64,000 nt of DNA from assembly GCA_002772995.1 (NCBI GenBank), contig PFCO01000001.1:64244-128243 (forward strand), in the 5' to 3' direction. The notes under the pieces were generated by a model. The model did not search any database, had not been told where the DNA came from, and was given only the letters and a program-made list of their open reading frames with translations. How positions within the stretch are numbered: the first letter of the stretch is position 1; every line of letters begins with the position of its first letter. Below, piece after piece: positions 51,393 through 61,414 of the stretch. This DNA is from Candidatus Niyogibacteria bacterium CG10_big_fil_rev_8_21_14_0_10_46_36. Lineage in GTDB: Bacteria; Patescibacteriota; Minisyncoccia; 1-14-0-10-42-19. The position numbers were made by a program, and so were the translations under genes.

Positions 51393-52139
51393 TTATATAA
51401 TACCGTCCCGTAAAGAAAATGCAATAGAGTCTTTCCGGGATGCATCAAGGCTCTCACAATACTTAGAATACGACATGCGGTGCAAATTGAATTCCCGGAT
51501 AACCTCATGCAGATAGAACGGGAGCTTGCCGTTGAATTTTACCTCCATAACGGTCTTGTCTTGCAGCACCGGAACAAAATCCTCTCCTTCATATATAAGC
51601 GAATTGTGTTTTCGTGCGCGTATGTTCCGGTCAAAGGTTATCCGCACATTTTCATTTAACGAGCCGACGAACGGTTCCCGCTCATACACAACCAGCACCT
51701 CAGGCGCAATAGACCGCAATAACTTCTCCGACAAGAATTCTTGGATAACGTTGTCTTTTTTTTCGGAAAGGGTGTCTTCTTCCCGGCCGGCGAATAGCGC
51801 ATACTCCTTTTTTGAAACATATATTCTATCTTTTAAGATAATAGCGTCATCTTTCCGCTTTATCTCAAAGAATATGTTCTCTGAGAAGACGCCGTTTTGC
51901 TTGTACGCCCGCCATCGTATCTTTTTTCGCTTTCTTACGCCGTCTTTTTTTTCATGGTAATAGAAATAGCGAGGACTATCATAATACAAGCTCCATATTT
52001 CATATGACCCGGTTTGTGATTCTGCAGCACGCGGATCACGAGACATAAATGGCTTAATGCGCTTCTTTATCAAAAATTCTTGCTGCGGAGAGAGCAGATA
52101 TTTAAATTCAAATCGCTGAAAATGAAGCTTGGGAAGCAT
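51393..52139 (-). CDS. VTC-domain protein (polyphosphate-polymerase-like triphosphate tunnel), 248 aa
   Basis: HFQRFEFKYLL start and spaced R/K/E residues typical of the bacterial VTC (CYTH-like) domain. Confidence 0.65.
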   Translation of the reverse strand: MLPKLHFQRFEFKYLLSPQQEFLIKKRIKPFMSRDPRAAESQTGSYEIWSLYYDSPRYFYYHEKKDGVRKRKKIRWRAYKQNGVFSENIFFEIKRKDDAIILKDRIYVSKKEYALFAGREEDTLSEKKDNVIQEFLSEKLLRSIAPEVLVVYEREPFVGSLNENVRITFDRNIRARKHNSLIYEGEDFVPVLQDKTVMEVKFNGKLPFYLHEVIREFNLHRMSYSKYCESLDASRKDSIAFSLRDGII

Positions 52140-52144
52140 AATGG

Positions 52145-54844
52145 TTAAGGATTAAAGATGATGCTTGAATACTCATCGCTTTGCGTATCGATGCCGTTTT
52201 TTTGGAAGATATTGCCATGCAGCTCCGGCATGCCCCCGCCGAATATTTCTTTTTTGCGGTACGCATGCACTCCTATATTATTGCCCGTGATCTCATTGTT
52301 GCTAATAACCGGAGTAGAAAGGTCTTTTACTTCAATGCCGATATTGCAGCCGGTCAAGATATTGCTTGAAATACTATTGCCCTCTGACTTCTCTCCCACG
52401 CTAATGCACTTATCACCAGAGCGCGAGATGGTATTGTTGCGTATCACCAGGCCGCTTCCTGCCCCCGAAAGGTCAATGCCGTCATTTCCGTTCTCTACAA
52501 ATGTGTTCCCGGAAACAATGCCGTGCTTAATATAATCAAGATCAAGCGCATCTGCGCTATTGTGCTCAAATATATTGTTTATGATATCTACTGTCCCATA
52601 CTTCACATTGAGCCCGTCATCCGCATATGCTCCGGCAACAGCGTTATGAGAAAATACAACATCAGCATTATATACAGAAAGCATCCCCGAAAAAAATATC
52701 CCATTTATATTGGCCTCACTTCCGCCACGCATATCAACATATTCAAACACATTCTTAGCATCTCCAGTATTTGCAACCCCAAACACTCCCCAAGCCACGC
52801 CTTCCCGCAATGGACGGAAAGAAATACGCGCAAACTCGCTCCCGCGCGCTTCAACCGGACTATATGATACAAGCGAGGCTCCTTCCTGGAACAAAAGCGT
52901 CGCTCCGGGAGAGACGATAAATGTTGTCCCTACGGGTATCACGGTGATGCCGCTCATAATATGCGTGCCGGAAGAAAGTACAATACTCCCGTTCCGTAAG
53001 AAAAAACCGGCGCGCGAAGACACAAACTCCTGCGGAGACATTGCTATGTCCTTAAAATGATGGAAGGTTGTCTTATCTATGAATCGGGTTTCGGTAAAAT
53101 CAAATTCTTCATGCGTAATTAAGTTCACAAACAAAATATGAACATCCTGCCACGCAAAAGGCATACCTTGCCCAAATGGCTCAAATGTCACGAATATCGT
53201 TTTTGTATCCTTTTTCTCCGGCGATGGAGAAAAATGAAGCGGAATACCCGGAAAGACGACACTATTTTTGCCCGAAATAAATTCCTGGGACAGAAGCGCG
53301 TCTCCCGCATCATGTATGTTATTCTTGTTAGAATCTTCAAATACACGCGCGTTCCCTATTGCTTCTCCAGCAAAGGGAATAGTGAGTGTTTTAACCGCGC
53401 TATCTCCCAATCCCTCTACCGCTATATCTATTTGCAATTCATGCGCCAATGCATCAAGCGAGATAACCCCATTTGCTTGCGTGTCCTGTAGCTGGCCGCG
53501 GAGCAAAAAAAAGCTATCCTGAAAGTCGCTTCTGTTTTGTCTGACTTTAGCGTCAAATGTTCTATTACTATCGTATTTTGCAAAATCACGATAAAAATGG
53601 GGGCGTAAATCGTGATACACCTGATCGAAAAACGCAATGTCGTCTTCTATATTACGGTCATCAGACACATACGCCCAGAGTACTTCTTTTTGGCGAAAGG
53701 AAAATTCGGGATACGCAAGCACCCGATCCACCAGCTTATCATTGCATGCGACAAAATCATTGAACGAAGCACAGCCATCCTCCCCCAAAAAAGGCAAGCT
53801 GATATCCGAACTTATACCGACATCCCAGGGTATAGTCTCAAATTTTCCGCTGCTTGGGTTAGCATACAAACGAACATTCCCGCTTTGACTTTGATGTTTA
53901 CTCCCCGCAAGAAGCGACATGGCGTTCCACGCATAAAATTTTTCCAAATCAAGTATATTGCCGATGTCACGCTGGAATGCGTCGTCAGGCTCTTTTAAAA
54001 CCCACAACAGCGTATCAAGGTCAGCCCTATTCTCAAAATTAAACCGCCCATCATCTGTCTGCTTGTCCCAAAAGGAGATACCATCATACGCAGAAAGGCC
54101 ATCTCCTTCGGAGAGAGATATGTCTTCGGTAATATACAAATTAGCATCGGACGGCAATTCGGAGCGTTCCAAGAATTCTTTTGACCAGTCTTCTATCTGG
54201 TAGTACACTCCCATATCTTTTCCGTTAACACGCAATGTCACATATTTTGCGTCGGGCACAGCAAGGCCAAACTTCTGGGCGCGGTAATCATTCAAGTATT
54301 TTACAAAATACTCGCGGTCGCTTGGAATGATTAATTTTATCACCTCTATACCTCCAAACAAATCTTCTTTTTTAAAATCTACTTGCCAAGATCGTTTTGT
54401 GCGCACCCAATGGTTCGGGTTATCGCCGCGATATCTGACTTTTACCTCATGCTCTCTTCCATTAAAAAAGAAACGCGCCGGCACTTCTTTTTTGAATTCA
54501 TCGCTCAGCCACGCTTCCCCCCGGAGCACCGCATCAGAAAACGGATCCGGAAGATTTGCGTTGAGCGCGCGGAGGTCCTCGCTATCAATTTCAAGGTCGT
54601 ACGAAAGAATATCTGCGCCTCCAAACATATATGGAATATATGCGAGGTTCGAGATATTTACCCCAAGCTCACGGAGCCCCCGATATGTCGGCAATATTTT
54701 TTTTACCAACGGATTAAACACAAGCGCATTTTTGTTCTGCTGCAGAAACACAAGGAGAAAAAACGCATCCACAACAAAAAACCCCGCTATGAGAGCAAAG
54801 AGCGCATATCGCATATATCTTTTTCTTCGGGGCGAAAAAAGCAT
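52145..54844 (-). CDS. CotH-like atypical kinase domain protein fused to a C-terminal right-handed parallel beta-helix, 899 aa
   Basis: N-terminal TM anchor, central region with CotH-like pattern (KRSWQVDFKK..., KYLNDYRAQ..., DANLYI), C-terminal ~200 aa of NNxIxxN pectate-lyase-like repeats (NNIFEHN, GNTFVENGNDGIDL, RNNTISRSGDKCISV, SNNEITGNNIGV). Confidence 0.6.
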   Translation of the reverse strand: MLFSPRRKRYMRYALFALIAGFFVVDAFFLLVFLQQNKNALVFNPLVKKILPTYRGLRELGVNISNLAYIPYMFGGADILSYDLEIDSEDLRALNANLPDPFSDAVLRGEAWLSDEFKKEVPARFFFNGREHEVKVRYRGDNPNHWVRTKRSWQVDFKKEDLFGGIEVIKLIIPSDREYFVKYLNDYRAQKFGLAVPDAKYVTLRVNGKDMGVYYQIEDWSKEFLERSELPSDANLYITEDISLSEGDGLSAYDGISFWDKQTDDGRFNFENRADLDTLLWVLKEPDDAFQRDIGNILDLEKFYAWNAMSLLAGSKHQSQSGNVRLYANPSSGKFETIPWDVGISSDISLPFLGEDGCASFNDFVACNDKLVDRVLAYPEFSFRQKEVLWAYVSDDRNIEDDIAFFDQVYHDLRPHFYRDFAKYDSNRTFDAKVRQNRSDFQDSFFLLRGQLQDTQANGVISLDALAHELQIDIAVEGLGDSAVKTLTIPFAGEAIGNARVFEDSNKNNIHDAGDALLSQEFISGKNSVVFPGIPLHFSPSPEKKDTKTIFVTFEPFGQGMPFAWQDVHILFVNLITHEEFDFTETRFIDKTTFHHFKDIAMSPQEFVSSRAGFFLRNGSIVLSSGTHIMSGITVIPVGTTFIVSPGATLLFQEGASLVSYSPVEARGSEFARISFRPLREGVAWGVFGVANTGDAKNVFEYVDMRGGSEANINGIFFSGMLSVYNADVVFSHNAVAGAYADDGLNVKYGTVDIINNIFEHNSADALDLDYIKHGIVSGNTFVENGNDGIDLSGAGSGLVIRNNTISRSGDKCISVGEKSEGNSISSNILTGCNIGIEVKDLSTPVISNNEITGNNIGVHAYRKKEIFGGGMPELHGNIFQKNGIDTQSDEYSSIIFNP

Positions 54845-54851
54845 ATATAGC

Positions 54852-55844
54852 TTAATAACGGATACGGAATAATCTTCTTAGTAACTTTGTCTTTCGGGAA
54901 TAAAATAACGCGTAGTATAAAAACAGACGGAAACGGGAAAGTTGCCTTTGGAGAACGAGTGGGGGCATGCTTACTAATACATCCAGCTCCTCCGGAGCCG
55001 GAATATTCGCCTTTTCGGCGACAATACGGATGTGATGAACCGACAACCCTGACTTAAGTTGATGCGTCCATTCGCTTCTGTTTTTATATTCGTCATTGTC
55101 TTCATACAAAACACGGAACCCCGCCATTTGCAACATAAGACGGAGCGACTCAGGAGTGAACATAAAGGCATGGTCTATCTGAATTGCGGAGACAAGGGAG
55201 CCGCCCCGGCGGGCTTGCGCTCGGAAATTTTTTACCGACAAAATAAGTCGCCCGCCGGGCTCCAGCACACTATGTGCCCAGATAAAAAACCCCTTCGGAT
55301 CAAGCAAATGATTGAGTGTATGAAAACACAAAATATGGGATACGCCTTGCATTTTTTCTTTGGGAAAATCCTCAAAAAGACAATTATATGTTTTAATCCC
55401 CCGGATATTTGCGAATTCCGCATGCGCTTTTGATGGCTCAATGCCCACAAGTTCTAATTTGGGAAATATATTCTTAAACCCCTGAAGCGCGCCCCCGCTA
55501 TTCGAACCTACATCTATCGTTACGCCTTCCGTATGTACATATGTTGAGAGTGCGCGCGCAAGCGCTTCTCCAAAACGCACACTCATCTGAAATCCGTCTT
55601 CAAGAGATTGTTCCTCTTTCTCGCCTTTCGCGTGCGCCCTATCTTCTCTATAAAAGGATCTGTAGTATTCGTCGTATGCCTCTTTCGTCATGCGTGGATT
55701 TAAATATATCAATCCACAGCGCTTACAAAGACATGTTTGTGCTGCATGGCCATTAGAAGCGCTTCTTGCCAAAATAAAAAAATTATCTCCTCCGCACAGA
55801 TTGCACACTATATGTTCTTTTGGCATGTCTTGATACTGAAACAT
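54852..55844 (-). CDS. Class I SAM-dependent methyltransferase with N-terminal Cys4 zinc ribbon
   Basis: CNLCGG...CKRCG, then motif I IDVGSNSGG. Confidence 0.75.
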   Translation of the reverse strand: MFQYQDMPKEHIVCNLCGGDNFFILARSASNGHAAQTCLCKRCGLIYLNPRMTKEAYDEYYRSFYREDRAHAKGEKEEQSLEDGFQMSVRFGEALARALSTYVHTEGVTIDVGSNSGGALQGFKNIFPKLELVGIEPSKAHAEFANIRGIKTYNCLFEDFPKEKMQGVSHILCFHTLNHLLDPKGFFIWAHSVLEPGGRLILSVKNFRAQARRGGSLVSAIQIDHAFMFTPESLRLMLQMAGFRVLYEDNDEYKNRSEWTHQLKSGLSVHHIRIVAEKANIPAPEELDVLVSMPPLVLQRQLSRFRLFLYYALFYSRKTKLLRRLFRIRY

Positions 55845-55853
55845 AAAGCAACG

Positions 55854-56669
55854 CTACTTAAAGCATATTAAAAAATAACCGTGCGAAAAGAACTTATTCG
55901 TTTTCATGGGTTCCTTCGTCCACAAACGGCGGAACCGTAATATCGCCCGATACAGCATAGTTATCGGCCGTTCACATATATAAGGTATCGGCGTCCATAT
56001 GGGGAATGGATTTGCATAAAAATACGAGCACTTCGCAAACCCTGCGGACTGCGCCGCAGTAACATACTGTTTGGGAGTATCGGTATTCCGATAATAATCT
56101 TTCTGCAGTTTCTTTTTTGGCAAAAACGGGCGCAATAAAAACTTGTATACATCATTCAGCGCTTGCAAAGAAAATTTGCGCGGCAAAATAAGTGTCACCA
56201 ACATGCCACCCGGTTTCATAATACGATAAGCCTCCATCAGCACTTTATGGTAATCGGGCACATGCTCTAAAAGCCCTATGGATGTAACAACATCATACGT
56301 GTCTTCAGCAAGGCCGGTATCTGCCGCATCCGCAACAACAAACTCTCCCGCCCCCTCAAACACATGAAAATTCCTTCGGGCAAGCCCAATGGCATCCGTG
56401 GAACTATCAAGAAGCGTTACCTGCATGCGGTCATACGCGTGAAGAAATAACGCAAGCGTCCCTCTGCCGCATCCTATCTCTAACGCTGTGCGATACCCTT
56501 TTCCTTTGACAATCTTATGAATGAGCTGATAGTAATTATATAAATTAAATTGTCGCTGTGTGCGCGGATGTTCCCCAGGCGGCACGAAAAGAGTCCATTC
56601 CATCCCGGACTCTCTTTTCCCTGAAATATCTTTCCATTTGTCTATGAATTCTTTATTGGGGTATTCCAT
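55854..56669 (-). CDS. Class I SAM-dependent methyltransferase
   Basis: Motif I ALEIGCGRGTLALFL, motif post-I LLDSS. Confidence 0.8.
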   Translation of the reverse strand: MEYPNKEFIDKWKDISGKRESGMEWTLFVPPGEHPRTQRQFNLYNYYQLIHKIVKGKGYRTALEIGCGRGTLALFLHAYDRMQVTLLDSSTDAIGLARRNFHVFEGAGEFVVADAADTGLAEDTYDVVTSIGLLEHVPDYHKVLMEAYRIMKPGGMLVTLILPRKFSLQALNDVYKFLLRPFLPKKKLQKDYYRNTDTPKQYVTAAQSAGFAKCSYFYANPFPIWTPIPYICERPITMLYRAILRFRRLWTKEPMKTNKFFSHGYFLICFK

Positions 56670-56676
56670 AATATCT

Positions 56677-58053
56677 CTATTCTTGGCGCATGGCGGAAAA
56701 TATCACATCCGCTATCCGCTCCGCGGCTTTCCCATCAAAACGCCAGCATTGTTCATCGCGCAACCGTAGTCTGCTCTCGTGATCACACTCCGGATGCGAG
56801 AAATACACATTAATCCACTCTATCAATTCATCAGCAGTAGAAACCATGCGGATGCCACCCGTGCGCAACGCCTTTTGATAATGTTCTGTTTCGTAAAAAC
56901 TCGTTGGTCTTTGAGAAAGCGGGATGTTTTTCCTCATCTCAAAATTAATGTTGATTATAGGCTTATCGAGCATCGCCGCATCAAGTATGAGCGTTGATCC
57001 ATAACTTACAAACACATCAGCGTGCGCCACCGTATCCAATAAATGCTGAAGGTCATCTTGGGTCATGTCCCAATCCAATCCGAATCCTCGTTTTTTGGTA
57101 AAACGCACTCCCGGGACATCAAAAATAATGGAGGGGCGTTTTTTGGCCTCGTTTTCGTCTATAAAATCATTCGGAGGGTAGCGTACCAAAACAACGGCGC
57201 TATGCTTTATTTTTCCATCTCTCATACATGATTGCAACAAATCAAGGATGTCCCAATCAGATGCGCTATTTGAGCGGCCCAGGGGAGCATATACCAAAAT
57301 TTTTTTATCGGGCTCAACACCAAGCCGCTTTGTAAATTCGGCACGAGTAGACGGCGTTCCATACGCATAATAGTCAAACGGAAGCGCCCCCACAACAATA
57401 ATGTTTTTTTCATCTATATCTGCGTGCCGTAATGCCTCTTTTTTCTGTATCTCATTAAACACGAGAAGTATATCGGGGAGCAAGCGCATGATTGCACGCC
57501 CCGTTAACTTGTCCCACGAATTTACGATGCCGATTGAACGCACTCCCCTTTTCTTTGCCTCACGCAGCATGCTTGTCTCTATTTCTCCGAATAGATGCGC
57601 CGTCACGATGAGCTGGGGCGAATACCTGTCAAAATATTGAGAAAAGGCATTGTCACGTATGCAATAATAATCAAAAAAGCGGACCACCCTCCTGCAGAGT
57701 CTATTCGCACATGCCCTCGTTAGAATATAACTTGCGACGTACCCGAAGATGCTGCCACCCATATCACGCGCTCTTTTGCGCCGCAAATCAATGGTTGATG
57801 TGCGGAGTAAGCGGAATTTTAGATATTCAAATATTTCACTCCCCCGGGGTCGTTTGTACGCACCGAACACCTCATATAGTACTTGCGGATGAGAAAATTC
57901 TTTTTTATAATATTCCGCCTTTGCTTCACTCGCGACAAAAAAAACAATTCTGATATCCGTATCAGAAAGTAAAAGCTGATATAAGCGGGTCCGCAAAATA
58001 TTTTTTGCTTCTGCTCCTTGCAATATAGGGATAAAAACAATCTTATTGCTCAT
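56677..58053 (-). CDS. TagF-like CDP-glycerol/ribitol glycerophosphotransferase family protein (paralog A), 458 aa
   Basis: VNSWDKLT, ILVYAPLGRS (compare TagF LYAPTxR), VSYGSTLILDAAMLDKPII (compare TagF ITDYSSxxFDxLLLDKPII). Clear paralogy with 58343..59770. Confidence 0.55.
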   Translation of the reverse strand: MSNKIVFIPILQGAEAKNILRTRLYQLLLSDTDIRIVFFVASEAKAEYYKKEFSHPQVLYEVFGAYKRPRGSEIFEYLKFRLLRTSTIDLRRKRARDMGGSIFGYVASYILTRACANRLCRRVVRFFDYYCIRDNAFSQYFDRYSPQLIVTAHLFGEIETSMLREAKKRGVRSIGIVNSWDKLTGRAIMRLLPDILLVFNEIQKKEALRHADIDEKNIIVVGALPFDYYAYGTPSTRAEFTKRLGVEPDKKILVYAPLGRSNSASDWDILDLLQSCMRDGKIKHSAVVLVRYPPNDFIDENEAKKRPSIIFDVPGVRFTKKRGFGLDWDMTQDDLQHLLDTVAHADVFVSYGSTLILDAAMLDKPIININFEMRKNIPLSQRPTSFYETEHYQKALRTGGIRMVSTADELIEWINVYFSHPECDHESRLRLRDEQCWRFDGKAAERIADVIFSAMRQE

Positions 58054-58142
58054 AACGCACGGTTCTCCATGGTAATCATCATTATTGCATAAATCAGCTA
58101 CCTAGAATACTATATAAAAGTTGTTATCATTCTTACACATCC

Positions 58143-58346
58143 ATGCGCGACAGCCATACGCGAAGTGTTTTAAAAGGAATAACGTATCGTATTTTTGCGA
58201 CAATAACTACCGCGCTGTTTGTTTTTTTTATTACAAAAAACATAAAGCTTTCATTGAGTGTTGGCATTTTTGAAATAGCCGCAAAAATTTTACTCTTTTA
58301 TTCACACGAACGGGTATGGCATGGTATTCGTTGGGGTAAGTTTTAG
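58143..58346 (+). CDS. DUF2061-like small membrane protein, 67 aa
   Basis: Two TM helices and YSHERVWHGIRWG (HER.W motif recalled from DUF2061); lone plus-strand gene between the two TagF-like paralogs; 4-nt overlap with the 3' end of paralog B. Confidence 0.45.
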   Translation: MRDSHTRSVLKGITYRIFATITTALFVFFITKNIKLSLSVGIFEIAAKILLFYSHERVWHGIRWGKF

Positions 58347-59770
58347 ATATCTTCTTTGTTCTTGCCCATGCGAATATCAGAAAAAGCATGGAACCCGTTT
58401 TCAAGCAGCTGCAATATGGCGGATGCGACCCGCGCATGCGCTTTACCGTCGTGCTTGCCACATTGACTTTCTAAAAATGCTTTGCGCTCTTCTCTATGCA
58501 AAGCAGGGGTTGCAAGATATGTATTTATCCATGCAATCAACGCTTCCCGCGAAGGAGCTTTTTTGCAGCCCGTATGCCTAAATAAATATTGATAATGATG
58601 GTATTCACCAAAATGGCGAACACTCCGAAAATATGGCGCTCCCTCCCCCCCGTCAAAATCAGGATAAACAACCGGACGATCAAATGCCGCCATATCAATA
58701 CACAATGAGGACCCCGCATTCACTAGTACATCTGCGTAAAACAAAGAATCGGCAAGATGAACCATGTCACCCCTTCCCATCTCATTATCCTTTCTTTTTC
58801 CACTCTGAAATGCTGTTCCGGGCTTATCAAAAAATATCTTCACTTTTTCTGAAAGGCGAAGCGCATCTTTATTAAAATCATCCCCTGGAGGAATCCGAAC
58901 CAAAAGCTGGGGATGTCCGTGAATCTCCCCCGAAAGAATGGCGTCATGCAGCAACTGAAGCATTTGCCAATCGGTTTCTATAAATTTACTCCCCATGGGT
59001 GCAAACATAATCATTCGCCGCTCTGAATCAAATCCAAGCTTTTCAAAAAATGTCTTTCTCCCCGTGGGCTTATATCCGATATAGTAATCAAACTGCGGCA
59101 TGCCGACTGCAGCAATGTCTTTAAAACGCACCTTGTGGAGCCCCACGAGCTCATTTCTTATAAAATCATTATTTGTTAAAAAATGATCCGCAGCTACGGG
59201 AATTAATGATTTGTTCGTAAGATTGTCCCACGAACGGACCATCCCGAGTGTTTTTATGCCGTGCCGTTTTGCCTCCACAAGCATACGAATGTCATCCCAA
59301 TCAAGCATGTCCGTAGAGAATATCAGGTCCGGTTGATACGCTTGAAAAAAACCGCCAAAAATATTTTGGTCATAGAATGATGAAAAAATATTACGGAACA
59401 ATACGGGCGTGTAGTGCAGACGCGCTATAGTATGGTATAAAAAACGGGAAAGAGCGTATGGTATCCTTTTTTTCTCACGCCAATATTTCGCCCTGCTCTT
59501 AAGAGACATGGTGGATGTGGGTAAAAGCAACGCCCCGGCCGTCCGGAGAATCTGCTCTCTCCGAGAAAGAGGGACCTCGGGAATGCCTACAACAATAATC
59601 CCATCTTTTTCAAATTCGCGTTTGAAAAAATCTTTCTTTCGCTGCGGACAAAAAATAACAATATTTACTTTACCATGCAAAAACTCCAGCACTCCCGAAC
59701 GAAGGATATTCCGGGATATAAGCGTATGGAAACTTGAAATAACAATGGTCTTTTTCTGTTCCTTTTGCAT
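58343..59770 (-). CDS. TagF-like CDP-glycerol/ribitol glycerophosphotransferase family protein (paralog B), 475 aa
   Basis: VRSWDNLT, MIMFAPMGSK, VNAGSSLCIDMAAFDRPVV; collinear similarity with paralog A. Confidence 0.55.
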   Translation of the reverse strand: MQKEQKKTIVISSFHTLISRNILRSGVLEFLHGKVNIVIFCPQRKKDFFKREFEKDGIIVVGIPEVPLSRREQILRTAGALLLPTSTMSLKSRAKYWREKKRIPYALSRFLYHTIARLHYTPVLFRNIFSSFYDQNIFGGFFQAYQPDLIFSTDMLDWDDIRMLVEAKRHGIKTLGMVRSWDNLTNKSLIPVAADHFLTNNDFIRNELVGLHKVRFKDIAAVGMPQFDYYIGYKPTGRKTFFEKLGFDSERRMIMFAPMGSKFIETDWQMLQLLHDAILSGEIHGHPQLLVRIPPGDDFNKDALRLSEKVKIFFDKPGTAFQSGKRKDNEMGRGDMVHLADSLFYADVLVNAGSSLCIDMAAFDRPVVYPDFDGGEGAPYFRSVRHFGEYHHYQYLFRHTGCKKAPSREALIAWINTYLATPALHREERKAFLESQCGKHDGKAHARVASAILQLLENGFHAFSDIRMGKNKEDI

Positions 59771-59825
59771 GATAATTACCCCATATTCTCCCGTAAAATA
59801 AGCATTTCGTCAACCTCTCATTACA

Positions 59826-59858
59826 TATATAAAAAAGCCCTCGGATAACCCGAGAGCT
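59826..59858 (-). terminator. Intrinsic terminator downstream of the aldehyde dehydrogenase gene
   Basis: Minus strand: agctctcggg-ttat-ccgagggct followed by TTTTTTAT. Confidence 0.6.
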
Positions 59859-59864
59859 TTTATT

Positions 59865-61310
59865 TTAGACTGTATCTGGAAAGTATTTTATGTACACGCC
59901 CTTAGTTTCTGTGTACACATCAAGCGCTTCGGTGCCCGGTTCGCGGAAACCGTTCCCCGAAACACCCACTCCGCCGAATGGCATGTTTGGCTCGCTGCCA
60001 TATGTAGGACCATTTACCGACACAATACCGCTTCTGCAATCTCGGATAAAGCACTGGATGGCATCCGAGTGCTTGGTATGGATAGCAGCAGTGAGTCCGT
60101 ACGGGGTTCCGTTAACCATTTCGATCATTTCTCTAAATGTATCGAATACATGGATAGAAACAATAGGCCCGAATAATTCATTCTGCGCAAGCAGGGATGT
60201 ATGAAATTCATCATCTATAATAGTTGGCGCCATAAAATATCCGGGTCGCCCCACTCTATAGCCACCTGCTAAAAATGCGATACGCCCCCTCTTCTTCGCA
60301 TCTTCACATTGCGTCAGCATCGCCATAAGTTGTTTTTCGCTGACAACCGGACCGAGATCGTCTTCATCAGCATTACCGAGCCGCAACACATTCGTTCGTG
60401 CAACTAGTTTTTCTTTGAATACATTCGCTATACTGACATCAACAAGAATACGCGAACCCGCAGCACAGCGCTGTCCCGCATTGCTAAATGCAGAAAGCAG
60501 AGCGCACTCGACCGCCCAATCTATGTCTGCGTCTGCGCATACAACAAGCGGGTTTTTCCCACCGAGTTCCAAAGACACTTTCACCGGACGCTCCGAAACT
60601 ATTCTACGTACTGCAAATCCAGTGCGGGCGGAACCGGTAAAACTAACGAGATCAATATCCTGCTCGATAAGAGCACGCCCAGCTTGTCCATCCCCCTGCA
60701 ATACAGAAAACACGCCCGGAGGAAGACCCGCTTCCGCGAGCATCTCCGCAAACATTATCGTCGTATACGGCGTGTATTCGGACGGTTTTATAACAGCGGT
60801 ATTCCCACAAAGAAGCGCAGGAAACATCTTCCATGCTGTGTTCGCAATGGGCGTATTAAATGAGGTGATAAGAGCACATACGCCAACCGGTTCACGAACC
60901 GTATATGCAAATCTGTCTTTCATCCCGCTCGTCATGGTGCGCCCATAGAAACGCTCGCCTTCGCTCGCCCAAAAATACCCCATACGGATAGCCCCGCTCA
61001 CTTCACCAAGCGCGTCTTTCATGGATTTTCCTGTTTCTATGTGGACGATGCGCGCGATATTGTTCTTATTGCGTTCCATTATCTGTGTTGCTTTGAGAAG
61101 TATAGAGGCCCGTTCTAAAATGGGAGTTTTGCGCCATGAAAAAAATTCATTCCTCGCAGAATCTACAAGAGTAGCGGCATCCTCCTCCGTCCCCTGGTGT
61201 ATCTTAGCTATACTTTTCCCGCTACAGGGATCAAATTTTTCTATACATCCATTCAAGGCCCCCACCCATAACCCTCCGTGCCAATGGCCAATCGTATCGG
61301 GATATCTCAT
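59865..61310 (-). CDS. NAD(P)+-dependent aldehyde dehydrogenase
   Basis: ELGGKNP glutamate motif, catalytic Cys in GQRCAAGSR. Confidence 0.88.
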   Translation of the reverse strand: MRYPDTIGHWHGGLWVGALNGCIEKFDPCSGKSIAKIHQGTEEDAATLVDSARNEFFSWRKTPILERASILLKATQIMERNKNNIARIVHIETGKSMKDALGEVSGAIRMGYFWASEGERFYGRTMTSGMKDRFAYTVREPVGVCALITSFNTPIANTAWKMFPALLCGNTAVIKPSEYTPYTTIMFAEMLAEAGLPPGVFSVLQGDGQAGRALIEQDIDLVSFTGSARTGFAVRRIVSERPVKVSLELGGKNPLVVCADADIDWAVECALLSAFSNAGQRCAAGSRILVDVSIANVFKEKLVARTNVLRLGNADEDDLGPVVSEKQLMAMLTQCEDAKKRGRIAFLAGGYRVGRPGYFMAPTIIDDEFHTSLLAQNELFGPIVSIHVFDTFREMIEMVNGTPYGLTAAIHTKHSDAIQCFIRDCRSGIVSVNGPTYGSEPNMPFGGVGVSGNGFREPGTEALDVYTETKGVYIKYFPDTV

Positions 61311-61383
61311 GAGTGCATACCCTCCTTATCAATGTTCAATTGTGCATACCGTACAAGAAATCCGACAAAAAATCAATATATAA

Positions 61384-61412
61384 AAAGCTCCGGAGTTTCT
61401 TCCGGAGCTTTG
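61384..61412. terminator. Intrinsic terminator downstream of the transketolase gene
   Basis: aaaaa-gctccgga-gtttctt-ccggagc-ttt. Confidence 0.6.
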
Positions 61413-61414
61413 CG

